A stretch of 64,000 nt of DNA from Eledone cirrhosa (lineage: Eukaryota): assembly GCA_964016885.1 (NCBI GenBank), contig OZ024742.1:139996001-140060000 (forward strand), in the 5' to 3' direction. A program made the translations under genes and the position numbers. Every line of letters begins with the position of its first letter. The first letter of the stretch is position 1. Shown here in pieces: positions 25,267-38,642 of the stretch. Below the pieces are notes generated by a model. It was not told where the DNA came from. It saw only the letters and a list, made by a program, of their open reading frames with translations, and did no database searches.

Positions 25267-25989
25267 AAATATCTAGAGTGATATCCAGCTGTAGAAACCA
25301 TGCCAATACTGGAATGTATCTAAGTAAGACATGTTCCCCTTCCACCAACTCAACCAGGAGAACAATAGCTCCAATTAAATACTGACTTTGTCTGTTACCT
25401 GTCCAACCCATATTAGTTGGTGTTAGGAAAAAAATGGTATGTATAAGTAAAACATGGAGGGTTAATAACCTTGAATGTGAACTGATTCAAAGCATGCTCC
25501 TCTGTCTCAAATACAAAATGTTTAGGATAGTGGTGGTGATAGTAATGATGATATAATGGCAATAATACTTAATGTATCAAATAAAATATAGGTATTGGCA
25601 CAATATATTCCGAATTCAAATCGTGTCATGGTCAATTTTGTCTTTCATCTTTTCGGGGTTGATAAAGTGCCAATTGAGCTCACTTTCTTTCTTTTTCTTC
25701 CTCTGGAAGAAATCGACTGCTGTCAAACCTGGAGAGGAATGGGTGCCGCAAAGTTTTAATTGCTCAAGGTAAGCCACATGTCATGACAATGCCCCTATGG
25801 AATCAGAGTATCTGACTGTAAGGTTCTCTACTAAAGTTAGAAATGAAATTCAATTAATTAATTAAAATATATAATAGCAATAATTAACCAGTTAATTAAA
25901 TAAAAACAATGAAATCTTCCAAGTCAGTAAAAAATATAGTAACCAGCAACATGTTTTTCTTTCACACAAATGTGTCCAATTGATGAAGG

Positions 25990-27517
25990 CCTTTCTGTCC
26001 CTCAATATACAGATGTATAACGGCGGCGAAGATTCGAAACCGAATCTGAGCTTTCCCGCCTCTGGGACAAGCCGTGGTTAGTTGTTTACGCCCAGCAGAC
26101 CAACCCCTTGGGAGATGCTAAACACAGGTCAGAAGTTGTTTACGCCTGGCAGAAAATAGGTCAGAGGATATATCTATCCTTCTAACTTCAACCCTTATAA
26201 ATACAAGTGTTGTTTACGCCCCGGGCAGAAAAAGTGTTACCACGGACAAGAATGAACATTTCACCTACTCTGTCAAATCTCCCTTCACGAAAAACGTCTG
26301 TCCACTATTTCTCACACGCCTCACGCCTGACTGAGTGATTACTACTACTGCTAAAACAAGAAAGTATACTAATACGCACACACGCATACACAGTGAGTTC
26401 ACACTGCTTGCATTTTTATACGTACCCTTTCTGTCACATTGTATCTTTCAGATACAATACAAATTATCTTATAATCGTATTTTGTGATACTTGTATTTAC
26501 GTGGCTCAAAGAGCCACCAAATTATTGTACGAATATTTCATGTTATAAATTTTATCATTCAATATTCAAATTGAATATTGTTATAATAAAATAAACTTTG
26601 TAACAACACAATCCTGGTATTATTCTTTGCATTGAAACCATCATACCAACAATTCCATCTATTCACTTATTCGTCACAACCGAAATATTCGTTATAGATG
26701 TCCAACGCAACTGGGACAACATCAAGTGCAGGTCAACCTTCAGGCAAATCAATCCTTCCTTGAACCAATAGTGTCTTGCCTGCTTCTATTGTTTTGTGAC
26801 CAAACTCGCATTAGAGTGCCCCAATGCCTCAGCCTTTGCATGTGTGATCCACACAAATGCTGTTGTGGAGCCATTGTTGATGAGTTTAGTTTGCACCTGC
26901 TATCCTCCTGTCATGGCACAGGTCGGTTTCCCCAATACACTGCTCTAAATGACATAATCAGAAGGTGCCACAATGTGGTCGACTTCCCGTCACTACTAAA
27001 GCCAGCATGCCTCGACTATGGTGATGGTAAACACCCAGATGGAATAATTTTCTTCCCATTCGATGGGGGTAAATCCCTAATCTAGAACGCCATGTGCTAC
27101 GATTCGTTCTCTGCCTCCAGCCAGGTAACACCGTCTGCAATGCAGAGGAGAGGAAGATAAACAAATACTGGGGCTTGACCGACCGCTTCATTTTCACACC
27201 GATTGCAGTCGAGACCTCGTGTCCTTGGTCCCCGAACTGCTATTTTCCTCCAAAAAATCAGAAAAACAGCAGCACGCCTAAGAAAGGCACCCTGTGATGT
27301 AGGATGGTTGTTACAGCGGCAATACTTTCGCTCTGCCCGCGGGGTGCAGCTGAGACACGCCGCTCAGAAATGGGGTGTAGCCTGTCGACCCCTCCTTATT
27401 TCCCTTTCTTTCGTTACTCAATTTCTTTTTTGTTTTCTTATTGTCATTTATATTGTACAGTTTTACCACATTTTTTCTCTTTAGTTTAATAAACTTTTTT
27501 TGATAAGAAAAAAAAAA
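25990..27517 (+). mobile_element. CRE-like non-LTR retrotransposon 3' fragment (restriction-like endonuclease domain), interrupted by a solo LTR
   Basis: HKCCCGAIVDEFSLHLLS..GRFPQYTALNDIIRR..DGKHPDG..FDGGKSLI and FTPIAVETS; AATAAA at about 27489 then poly(A). Confidence 0.75.
26016..26696 (+). mobile_element. Solo LTR (Gypsy-like), 681 bp, 4-bp TSD
   Basis: Termini TATAACG...CGTTATA, flanked by GATG at 26012-15 and 26697-700; TATAAATA at about 26197 and AATAAA at about 26585; strand inferred from these signals. Confidence 0.72.
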
Positions 27518-28794
27518 TCACACATGTGTACGTAATAATGAACCAGCTATTTCTACAATAATTACTCCACATGTGTTATCAAATACTTTTTGTTTAGTAA
27601 TCCGCTGACCTGCTTCTCGGCCAACCTATTCCAAATTGTTATATACATACTGACATTAACGAACGTCACAACAGTAGGGAGGGTTGCTTCTAGTAATATA
27701 CAATAAAAGCGACTGTTAGTATAAACAAGAAAAACAGCAATAACAGCATGCCAGAGGATGGGACAGTAAAGGTATTTATTACATGATATGTTTTTGCTTG
27801 GTCTTCAAAAACTTTAATGTAAAACTATAATATAACACGATAATGTATAATGTAACACATGCTTTGAAAAATGTTTTAACTGGAATTTAAGTATGTCCAG
27901 TATTTTTCTTTCTTTATGCATATAATTTAAACACTTTTAGATAACATGTTTATGATATTTAACAAAAATATAACTTTTACCAATGTGGCTTTTTTTTTCT
28001 TTTTTTCCTCCTGGGTTGTAAACAAACGTGACTTGAAATCATCTTTTGTAATGCGAAATTTGATGGCACAACACTAGATACCTATAATATTCAAAATAAT
28101 TTTTTTTAAATATTTCTGTCTTTTATTTATTCATTATTATTTTACAAATAGAAAGAGAAAAAAATAATATACTATACGCTACTTTAGGGAATTCTGGATA
28201 ACTTTCTAACCAAATAAAACTTGTTTGTGTCATTCAATTTTTTTTCTTATTCTTTCACATTTTGATCTACACTAACCTTTTCTAACGTTTTCATTCATGA
28301 TTCCTAAAAGTAAAACAAGTAAAAAGTAGAAACCCTATTTTTACATACATAGAATTGAGTACTCTGAGATATTCACTCCATATAATACAGTTTTGATAAT
28401 CTTCATCGTTTTACGTCCTGGCACGGGTTGGACATATTGTCGCAGACTCTGACAAGAAGTCGCAGTCAAAGGTTAGACGGATCGTCACGGATACTGGGTG
28501 GATCGGGTGAACCATGTTTTGCTTTTACGTTCCATGTTTTTATTCGTGTGGTATTTCTACATTTCCCATTCCTACGTGATTTGTAGAGATAAACAACTGT
28601 TGATGTGAGACAGTATCCAGTGAATAATAAAAAAAAACTGGCTAAGGAAATTGAAACCCGTGTTAAAAATATGTAGAGAATGCCGAATTAAATGTGTGCA
28701 GCAAAACAAAGAAATGTAATCAACAAAAATGTATGGCTATTAGGCTACAAACAAGAATGTGAATTCAATTAAAAAGAGAAAAGAAAGAAATTGC

Positions 28795-29580
28795 TGGTAC
28801 ATACATAGTTTAGTGGTTACAGTTTTGAGCACACGATCATAAGGTTGTGAGTTCGATTCCTAGACCGGACAGCATTTTGTGTCTTTGATCAAGATATTTT
28901 CATTACATGTTGCGATGACACTGCTGCCCTACCCTTGGACAGCATTGGCAGTATGGAAAGGAGAGACTGGCAACTACTGGTCTTCCACAAAACACCTTGC
29001 CTGGGTTTGTAACTTCGAGAGGAACTTTCCCGGTGTAAATCCATGGTCATAATCGAGGTGTGATAACGTATACATGGAATGGAATGGACTTCTGTTGGTT
29101 TTGACAATGAGTGTTCTAGTTGATCGATCAACAGAACAGTCTGGTTGTAAAATCAACACGTAAGTGACTGAGCATTCCACGGACACATGTATCCTTAATG
29201 CAGTTCTCAAGGAGATTCAACATGACACTGTGTGACTAGGAAGTCTCTTTGAATAAGTACAATCCATCTTGTATTATAGTTTAAATGGCTGAGTATGCCA
29301 TAGATAAGCAAACTCTTAATGTAATTCTCAGGGAGATTCAGCATGACACAATATGTAACATGGCTGGACCTTTGAATTATATGTATAGGTACAGTACATT
29401 TGATGGGCTTTCACACAGTATCCGTTTACCCCAGTACTTGCACTCTTAACGTAGACAAAGCAGGCCTTTTGAATTACAGGTTCAACTCATTTTTTCCCGC
29501 CTGAGTGGATTGGAGCAACCTGAAATAGTGTCTTGTTCACTATGTACTGCCAGGAATCAAACTCAGAAAGCTACATGCCT
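28795..29580 (+). mobile_element. tRNA-headed SINE / composite SINE relic
   Basis: Head tagtttagtggtta...gtgagttcgattcc; internal repeats of cttaatgtagttctcagggagattcagcatgacac. Confidence 0.55.
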
Positions 29581-29799
29581 GCTCAATGACCATTATCAAT
29601 GAAATAATCAGAGCATGTCCATGACTTTAATATTTGACAATTAAGTTCTTTATAATTATATAAAACAGCTTATTCTTTTTTTTAAAATGCAACTTACTGA
29701 ATTAATGCGAAATCATATAATTATAATTTCAAATTGATGTTTAAATTACTGTTGCTAATGTAAAAATGAAAACTGAGCACCAAAATTTAAGCTTTTAAA

Positions 29800-29844
<45 letters not shown>

Positions 29845-29848
<4 letters not shown>

Positions 29849-30185
29849 ATACTTCTTTGGGAAGGTTATGCTGCCAATAAAAACACATGCACCTGTTGGG
29901 TTTCACTTCAATTTATTATAAATTTCCAGTTGGTTGGTTGGTTGGTTCGATAACCAGATGATTGTTTATATATTGTCAGTTCTTTCGTCACACATTCTAT
30001 GACCGCCTCAGTGACTAGGTTTTTATTTTGTGTCTCTCCTTTGTTCTGTCCTATACCATCTTTGACAATATATAAACAACCATCCTGTTATCAAACCAAC
30101 CAACCGGAAATTTATAATAAATTGAAGTGAAAACCAACAGGTGCGTGTGTTTTTATTGGCAGCATGACCCTCCTAAAGTATAACA
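29845..30185. repeat. Fold-back element (~130-bp imperfect inverted arms) adjacent to (TA)n
   Basis: 29845-29978 is the reverse complement of 30063-30185. Confidence 0.85.
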
Positions 30186-30796
30186 ATATCTGTTTCAACA
30201 CACGTTTTCAGATAAGAAATCTTGCAAAAGAAATTAAAAAACGATATATATATATATTCGAAAGTAAGGTTTTTAATGTCCCACACGGGTAAAAATATAG
30301 GAAAAGAAGTTGAAAATGCAATTGGAATCTTTCAGGTTTATTTACAATAATTTATGACTTTACCGGTTTTACAAGTTTCATGATTTTCAAAAGTCAAGAG
30401 AGATGGAGAATGTGTGGCTATGCCGACTTATATCTTGAATCTAATTGATGTTGAACATTTTTTTAGTTCTACACACATACACACACAGTCATATACAATT
30501 CTTGTTCATTTTGCTGATTGGTTCATTATTATTATTATAGTTGTCATTATGATAGTGATGTTGAAGGTAATAACAGTAGATTGGAAGAATTGGTAAAGCG
30601 TTGGACAAGATTCTTTGCAGTATTTAGTTATGGCCGTTTACATTCTGAGTTCAAATCCCGCTTATATACCATATCACAAATAGTAGCATCCTGAAATAGA
30701 CTCATTTGCATAATATTACCATTTTGAGAAGACAAAATCTTTCCTTTTTTTTTTTTTTTTGCTCTTTTACTCTTATATTGGTTTCAGTATTTAGAT

Positions 30797-33710
30797 CAGG
30801 GGTCTCAAACTCAAGGTCTCAAATGGGCCATTATGTCCTGGTGGAGAGGCATGATTTCCACCAGTTATTATAACTGTCATTTGCATATTTATTTTAATTT
30901 TTTTTAAATAAAGACAAATAACACCCTATCATCTGTAACGCACAAAAAAATTATGGGGAAAAAAGAAATGATAAAGAAAACTCGGAGTGTGTGTGTGTGG
31001 GGGGGGGGGGGGGGCATTCTGAGGGTCTCCTCCCTCCTTTTTTCTGGGGAAAAAGTCGGAGGTAAGTTTAATTGATAGCAAGCGGAGGAAAAAAAAATAC
31101 AGTTATTTACTAATGAAATCTATAAATACCAAATTTTTAATAACTAAATCATATTTTGAAATAATTAAAAGAAAAAAAAATTTGTTATTCATCATTACAT
31201 AAAAAAAACTACATTTGTTTCAGATCTATAATTTCGTGAAAAATTTGCCCCATTAAAAATGTGAATAAAAATGTTAAAAATTACTGAATTCCGACTTATA
31301 AGTAAGGTTAAATGATAATGAGCACAACAGTTCATGTTGAAGATGATTTGGGGCAACATTTTGCAGCAACCAGGGATTCTATGTTTGGCTTCAATTCGTG
31401 CAAATTAGCCAGCCTCAACACGGATTGTATTGGATATAACACAGATTTATTTATTTTCATTGTTGAGAAAAATCTTCTTCCAAATGTGGCCAGAATTTGC
31501 AAAGATGAGGCAAACAATTTGGGAAATTTCTCATTTGGGAGGAACTGATAGAAATCAGGAACACTAGTTCCATCTGAAATCCCTCAGAAATTTACAGTCA
31601 GTAGAGAAACAAAAAGCAAAAAATTGCCTTTTTAAAATTAAAAATTCTTGAAAACACTGCATGCAGTTTTAAAATTACATTTGCATATTTTTTCAAGCAC
31701 TGTGAATTAAGTGCAAGAATCGCAAAAGCTGGTGCAGTAATGCACCAGCTTCACCATTCAGTAATCAGTAAGCGTAAAAGCCAAACTCCCTGTCTTCAAA
31801 TCAGTTTTCATGCCAACCCTTACCTATGGTCATGAATCTTGGGTAATGACCAAAAGAATACAAGTGGCTGAAATAGGATTCCTCTAAAGGGTGTTTGGAG
31901 CAGCGTTACTCGATAAAGTGTGTAGCTTGGAGATAAGAGAGTCACTCGAGGTAGAGCCATTATTTCTACGAATTGAGAAATCACAGCTTCGATACTATGG
32001 GCATGTGGTTAGAATGTCTCAAGAAAGAATTGCTCGACAAATTTTACAGGTGAAACCAACAGGTAGGAGACCCAGGGGTAGACCCTGAGCAAGATGGTTG
32101 AATGACATCCATGAGCTTGGCTGGTCACGCTTGGGGATCCTGCCAGATCAGTTGGAGATGGTTGCTTCTGCTTGGACCCACTGGAAGGAGTGTTTGAGGA
32201 CTCTGCCTTTTCAGGAATAAGTGGGTGAAGAAGAAGAAGACTGTGATTCAACTGTTTCCAATGACTGCAAAGCCGTGAAGTGAGCTAAGTTCCTGCCTGC
32301 ATAACAAAAGTTTACACTTGAAAGACTTCACGTTATCATACATCATTATTACAACCTGCATTGAGCCCTGGAACTTCAAGTTTAGACGTGAAGATGGTCA
32401 GTCAGTTATTAACTCAGGAGCACCTTTTCCTCTTATTGCCAAAAACATTCCAATTTCTTCTCTCAAAGCAAATATATAAACATTCTTCAAAATATTTCCC
32501 CAACTGAGCTACCTCACTTCAGAATGATACAGAAGCTCATCATATATTCACAATCCACGGTGGATAGAAAAGAAATGAACTGTTGGTGGTTGAGAGCTCA
32601 TCTGTATAAATCTGATAGTTTTCACAACCACAACCATAATGTTTTCTATCTGCAACCATTTCCCACACAGTACCTCTTGATGCAGAATGCAATGGATAGT
32701 AGAGATTGGTACACCAAGACTAGCTTTTCTTTAAGAAGGCCTACTAACTCCACCTTTTTGGAGCACATTGCAGGTGCACTATCTGTTGCCACTGGTACAA
32801 GTTTCATCCAATTCAATCCTGCATGTTCAATGCACTTATCTAGTTCACTAAATATATCTCACCTTGTCACTATTCCCATCACAGGTAGTAAATCCAATAA
32901 TTCTTCAGTAACATTGAAGTTTTGTCAACTCCTCCCATAAAGGCAGCACAATAACCAGTATCTGTAATGTTTGTACTTTCAACAAGAGTGCTAGAAAAAT
33001 GTTCAAAATCTTGAATAGGGTAGCCAATTGTTGGTATGAATTGCTTGCTAAATCTGTGATATGGCTGGCAACATTTTCCTTTGTTTGGAATAGGATTTCA
33101 CTAGATTTTAAAACTACCTTTAGTGAATGGTTGCAATGATTTTCTGATCATTTTGCTGAGAGCAAAACTTGCCCTTACTGCATTTCCACTTGTTTTGTTC
33201 AAGTTGAATAAAAACAAGTTCTGTTGCTTTGAAAGAGCTGTCTTAAACCGTTCTACATCATTATACTGATCACTGTGTTATTTCATATCTTTTCACACGG
33301 CTATATATCAAGCATTGTATTTTATCCTTTACCCCTGTTACAAATACAAATATTCCTATTTTCTTCCACCACAATAAGTATTTGAAACAAGCCAATGTAG
33401 ATTTCACTAATGTTCTTATTAACATTTTTTTTTTTTACTGTATATATAACATGGATGTATATTTCTTCTTTTCAACTTCTGATCGTGAAGTGAAAGTGAC
33501 TGAAATATTAAAGTACATTCTATACTGCCTTGACTGACATAGAAATTGATTGTTTACATTAGGTTGGCAGAGCAAGCATAATACTGCTACTGCAAAAGTA
33601 TGGAGGTGGTGAGGGACAAATTATCAAGTTTTAGGAAAATATTAGTCATGAAAATTGTTCTGCCGCAGGTCATAGAAAAGTGGTTTCTGGGGTGTATGTT
33701 TGGGATCCTG
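30797..33710 (-). mobile_element. Decayed hAT/Charlie (GTF2IRD2/SPIN-like) DNA transposon
   Basis: TIR CAGGGGTCTCAAACT at 30797 and a degenerate partner at about 33697-33710; minus-strand remnants HCILHQE, VVVKTIRFI..LNHQQF and EVR*LSWG..LREEI. Confidence 0.75.
31690..32240 (+). mobile_element. RTE 3' fragment inserted in the hAT relic
   Basis: LTYGHESW..IEKSQLRYYGHVVRM..KPTGRRPRGRP; (GAA)n tail. Confidence 0.82.
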
Positions 33711-34351
33711 CTCTCAACTGCGGCCATATTGAGACATTACTTTAAAGGGTTTTAGTTTATCAAATTAACCCCAGTACTTCCTTTTTCAATTTCGGTACTT
33801 ATTTTATCAATCTCTTTTTGCTGAACCATCAAGTTACAAGACATAAACACAGGCACAGACAGACACATATGCACACACACACACACATACACATTAGAAT
33901 GTGTATTTAAAATACCCTAATATATTTAAACCATTATATTTGAGAAAAGTAATCAACATAAGAAAATTGTTTTACCTATTTACTTTGATATCTCAACTGC
34001 AGTTTCACTGAGTAATTGCGGTTTTTGAAAACTGAGAAGTCTCCGCTCACCAGGGAACTTCTCAATCAAGAAAAATTCTTCCTAGTTATCCGCTACCAGT
34101 GATAATTTTGAATAGAAGAATTAGCATGTGATTAACAGTCAACAGAAAGGCAGTGGTAGGTGGACAATGGCAAGTAACAGGCTTGCTAGAATATATATAT
34201 ATCTGCAGAAGTTATATTTAATTTGTTGGGATTCCAACAAACTTAAAAGTTTATAACTGATATAGAGCACTCAACAAATTACTATCCAGCGAATTTTCAA
34301 CCGCCAAGGTTGTTTTCCACGGTTATGTCACTATTTATAAAACAAATTTTG

Positions 34352-34416
34352 TATTTTATCTGATGAAAGCGCACCAAGACTGCCTTGGTTGCCCTTGAAA
34401 TATATATAATAAAATA
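34352..34416 (+). ncRNA. Type I hammerhead ribozyme with canonical core
   Basis: tattttat-CTGATGA-aag.gca.ccaag(actgc)cttgg.tgc.ctt-GAAA-tatata-TA|ataaaata: perfect 8-bp stem I, long stem II; predicted cleavage after 34408. Confidence 0.8.
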
Positions 34417-34484
34417 GTTATGGTTTTATAAATATAGTTTCCATTTATTAATATATTGTATATATCTATATCTATATGTATATA

Positions 34485-34526
<42 letters not shown>

Positions 34527-34528
<2 letters not shown>

Positions 34529-36128
34529 ATCATCATCATCATCATCAACGTTTAACGTCCGTGTTCCACGCTTGCATGGGTTTGGACGGGGGTTTTCCCA
34601 CTTGAGGCAAGAGTGGTTGTCTTGCTCGCATAGGACTGTCTGGCGGGTTTTCTACGGCTGGATGCCCTTCCTAACACCAACCACATTTACAGTGTGGGGC
34701 TGGGAGGTTTTTACCGTGTTGCCTACACGGCCACATTACAGCGTGGACTGTGTGTTTTTTTGTCGTGACACCTACACGATCTCATTTGTTTCGGCCTGGA
34801 TGTTGTGGCACCAACATAACTTTACATTGAAGGGGCGGTGTGGATGGGGTGGGGGTGGTGGGACGGGGGTGTATTTTGTTAGAGATGCCTACTGGCTGTA
34901 GTAGGTTTTACTTTGTATTTAGGTAAGGCGGGTCTTCTCTATTACTGAGTACTGCCAAAGGTCTCGGTCCAGTGACATTGTCTTGGAAAGGTATAAGTGT
35001 GTGAGGTCAGAATTTATCAGCTCGTCCCAGGTTTTTCTGGGTCTGCCTACTCCGTAGCTACCGTCTATCTTTATTGCCCTGCACTTTGTTATATAGCTGT
35101 CGTCTTTCATGCGCATCACGTGACCATACCAACGTAGCCTTCTCTCGAGTAAACAACATCTGATCCCTCTTATTTCTAATTTTTTCCTTAGTTCGCTTAT
35201 GCTTTGCCGTTCACGTATGTTACTATTACACATCCAGCGGAGCATGCAAGCTTCGTTCCTCTCTAGTCTGCGTATATCCTCTGCACACAATGCCCAGGTC
35301 TCACTGCCATGCAACATTGCTGTTCGTATGCAGGCATCATACAACCTGCCTTTCATTCTTAGAGAGAACCCTTTAGCGGCTAATAGTGGTATAAGCTCTC
35401 TGAACTTTTTCCAACCAGTTCTGACTCTAGCTACTGTACTTTCAGAGCACCCTCCCCCACTGCTGATTTTGTCGCCCAGGTAACGGAAGCTGTCCACCAT
35501 TTCTATAGAACCCTCTGCGCAATTGAAAGAGCTAGTATTTTATGGGCACTTGCTGCTACTTATTGCACCAGAGCACCGGCCACATGTAAAATCTATGTTC
35601 TTAGTTAGCTTACCTGTGATCCCACTACATCTTTTATGCACCCATACTTTGCATTTGGGACATAAAATGGAGTTTCTACCTACGCCTTTCCTACACACTG
35701 AGCATGGCCATTTCCCGGAAGGGACCGGCGCCTTATTTTCTTTCCTACAAACTAGAACTTTAGTCTTAGCCAGGTTAATTTTAAGGCCTTTTGATTCTAG
35801 GCCGTGCTTCCATGTTTGGAATTTCTTCTCTAGCTCGGCCATTGATTCAGCTATGAGCGTTAGATCATCTGCGTATAGGAGTTCCCATGGGCAGCCGGTC
35901 TTGAACTCCTCTGTTATAGCCTGAAGGGCAATAATAAATAGTAGGGGGCTAAGAACAGAGCCCTGATGGACACCAATTTTTACGCTAAACTCTTCACTAT
36001 ATTCGTTGTTAATTCTAACCTTGCTGACTGTTTCTTTATACATGGCTTGTATAGCTCTCACAAGCCATTCGTCAACACCTAGTTTTCTAAGAGCCCACAA
36101 GATAATGGAACGGGGGACTCTGTCGAAA
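34527..36128 (-). mobile_element. 5'-truncated RTE LINE (RT with embedded PHD-like finger, 3' UTR, (GAT)n tail)
   Basis: ORFs 35540-36100 and 34919-35500: GVHQGSVLSPLLF, LLYADD, CSVC..CPKCKVWVHKRC..CGRC, RLRWYGHVMR, GRPRKTW. Confidence 0.93.
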
Positions 36129-36255
36129 TATATATATATATTAATAAAAGGAATTCCAACTTTGTCTGATTTACTTGTTTTATTTACAATCCTTTAAAAT
36201 TATAATGATATTATAATGAAATAGTATGGTAGAGTATTAAATGTTAAGTGTTAAT

Positions 36256-36294
36256 TGAACAAGTACTTTCATGCTTTCGCAATCCTCAGGTTCA
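36256..36294 (-). ncRNA. Minimal type I hammerhead ribozyme in the 3' pLTR of the Neptune-like element
   Basis: Minus strand: tgaac-CTGAGGA-t.tgc(gaaa)gca.t-GAAA-gtac-TT|gttca; 5-bp stem I, GNRA-capped stem II, palindromic AGTACT stem III. Confidence 0.85.
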
Positions 36295-38166
36295 TATTCA
36301 GTGGTGACAGTCAAGTTTGCAATTTTCAACTGTAATGAGATGGGTAAATTCTGTGCCTTGTATACAGTAAAAAAGGTCTACAGAATGCTAAGTTTTGCAA
36401 ACTGTATTTCGACCAATCGGTGTGTAGTTTCACTAGATTACTAAAGCTGATTGGTTTAGGCGTCACGGTTGGTTGAGCATGTCTAACGACTTCTATTTGA
36501 CCCTATCCAAAGCATCAATTGTTTTGCTATTTTTAGAAATGATGAAAATAGCATTTTCTAGGGTTTTTATAAAAAATCTTCAGTAATCATCACCATCAAC
36601 ATCACTTTTATTATTATTATTATTGTTGCTGTTGTTGTTAGTGGTGGTAGTCGACATGGTCGTAGGCGTAGTCATAGTAGGAGTAATACCCCTAAGCATT
36701 ATTATTGTTCATTTAGCTTGGGTTGGAATTTATCAATAACATTTTTTTCTTTAATTTTTCTCTTGATTTCACTTGGGCTGTGTAATTTGTAGAATGGAAA
36801 TATTATAAATGTTTTCTGACTACATGTTGCTAGATGGTTACTCAGGGGTATCTGACGGACATTTGTGTCTCTGATTTGCTGTCGGTGCACCCATGCATGT
36901 TCCGATAGTGCATTTCCAGTTTGATATAGTTCTCCATAATTCAGGCATTTAGTGCAGTAAATTAGATTTCTGCTTTTGCAGTTCATATTTGCATTTGGGA
37001 ATATTTTTCAAGTTTTTGTGTTCATATATTGACCAGTGTGTATGGATTGACATGTGCCACATCGACTATCATTGCATTTAGATACAGTGAATGATAGGTC
37101 TGTGTTGTTAAGGTCAAACATTGCCTTTGTTAGTAATTGCTTCAAATTTTTTGGCTGTCTTTTACTGAGAGTCAAAGATCGGTCTGTGATTAAACCTTTT
37201 AATTCAGGTTCATATTTGAGCAATGATCGGTAGGTTTGCTTTGGCAGTGTTGAAGATATTCTGGTGACATGGGTTGTGTGTCTTATAAATAGTATGACCA
37301 CTTCTTGGTTTCTTCTTCCTTGGGTTGTCCTAAGTTGTTGTATAGGTATTTTTATAGCCCGCTGTATGCCATTTTCTATAAGTAGAGATGGGTATTTTTG
37401 TTTGAGCAAAAATTCTCTCAGTTCTGTTAGGCGTTTGTTCCTGGTATTCATCTTCTACAATGGTACAAATTCTTCTGGCTAGGCAGTATGGGATGTTGCG
37501 TTTTGTATGAGGTGGATGGCACGACTTAAAATTCAGATATTGATGGGTGTCTGTGTGTTTATAGTATATATCCGTGGTAATGGTGGTGTCGTTTTTGATT
37601 ACCCTTATATCTAGGAATGATAATTTGGTACTACTCATCTCTTTTGTGAATTGGAATGATGGGTGTAGGTTATTCAGGAGGATATTGAACTCATCCAGAG
37701 TATCTAGAGATTCTGTCCAGATGATGAAACAGTCATCACGGTATCTCTTCCAAGACTTTTCAATGTACTTTCTAAATTTAGTGCTATATTTTTCCTCTAT
37801 TTCTTGGTAGAGTTGTTGTTCTAAGTATCCCATTACAGAGTTCGCGTAAACGGGAGCAAACTTCGTTCCCATCGCTGTGCCTCTAATTTGGATGTAATTC
37901 TTTCCATTGAAGAAGAAAGTGTTGTTTTCCAGAATAAGTTTCACTGCATCTAATATAAATGGCGCTGTGAATCTGGTGGGAATCACTTTTCTATGTTTTT
38001 CTACCCAGTATTTAACCGCCTTTATTCCTAAATCATGTGTAATGTTGGTGTAAAGGCTTACCACATCAAAACTAAGTAGAAATGAATTCGTTTCTGTGGT
38101 TTTGGGAAGATGGGACAGGAAGTTGATATCATCCCGGATGAAACTGGGTATGTGAATAACCTACTA

Positions 38167-38642
38167 GTCAGTAGGCATCTCTAACAAAATACACCCCCGT
38201 CCCACCCCATCCACACCGCCCCCTTCAATGCAAAGTTATGTTGGTGCCACAACATCCAGGCCGAAACAAACAAGATCGTGTAGGTGTCACGACAAAAAAA
38301 ACACACAGTCCACGCTGTAATGTGGCCGTGTAGGCAACACGGTAAAAACCTCCCAGTCCCACACTGTAAATGTGGTTGGTGTTAGGAAGGGCATCCAGCT
38401 GTAGAAAACACGCCAGACAGTCCACGCTGTAATGTGGCCGTGTAGGCAACACGGTAAAAACCTCCCAGCCCCACACTGTAAATGTGGTTGGTGTTAGGAA
38501 GGGCATCCAGCTGTAGAAAACCCGCCAGACAGTCCTATGCGAGCAAGACAACCACTCTTGCCTCAAGTGGGAAAACCCCCATCCAAACCCATGCAAGCGT
38601 GGAACAGGGACGTTAAACGATGATGATGATGATGATGATGAT
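38167..38642 (+). mobile_element. RTE 3'-UTR fragment (two 112-bp units) inserted into the Penelope RT
   Basis: Same UTR and (GAT)n tail as the other RTE copies; splits the Penelope ORF between ..DIILKPL and ..IHIPSFIRDD. Confidence 0.9.
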
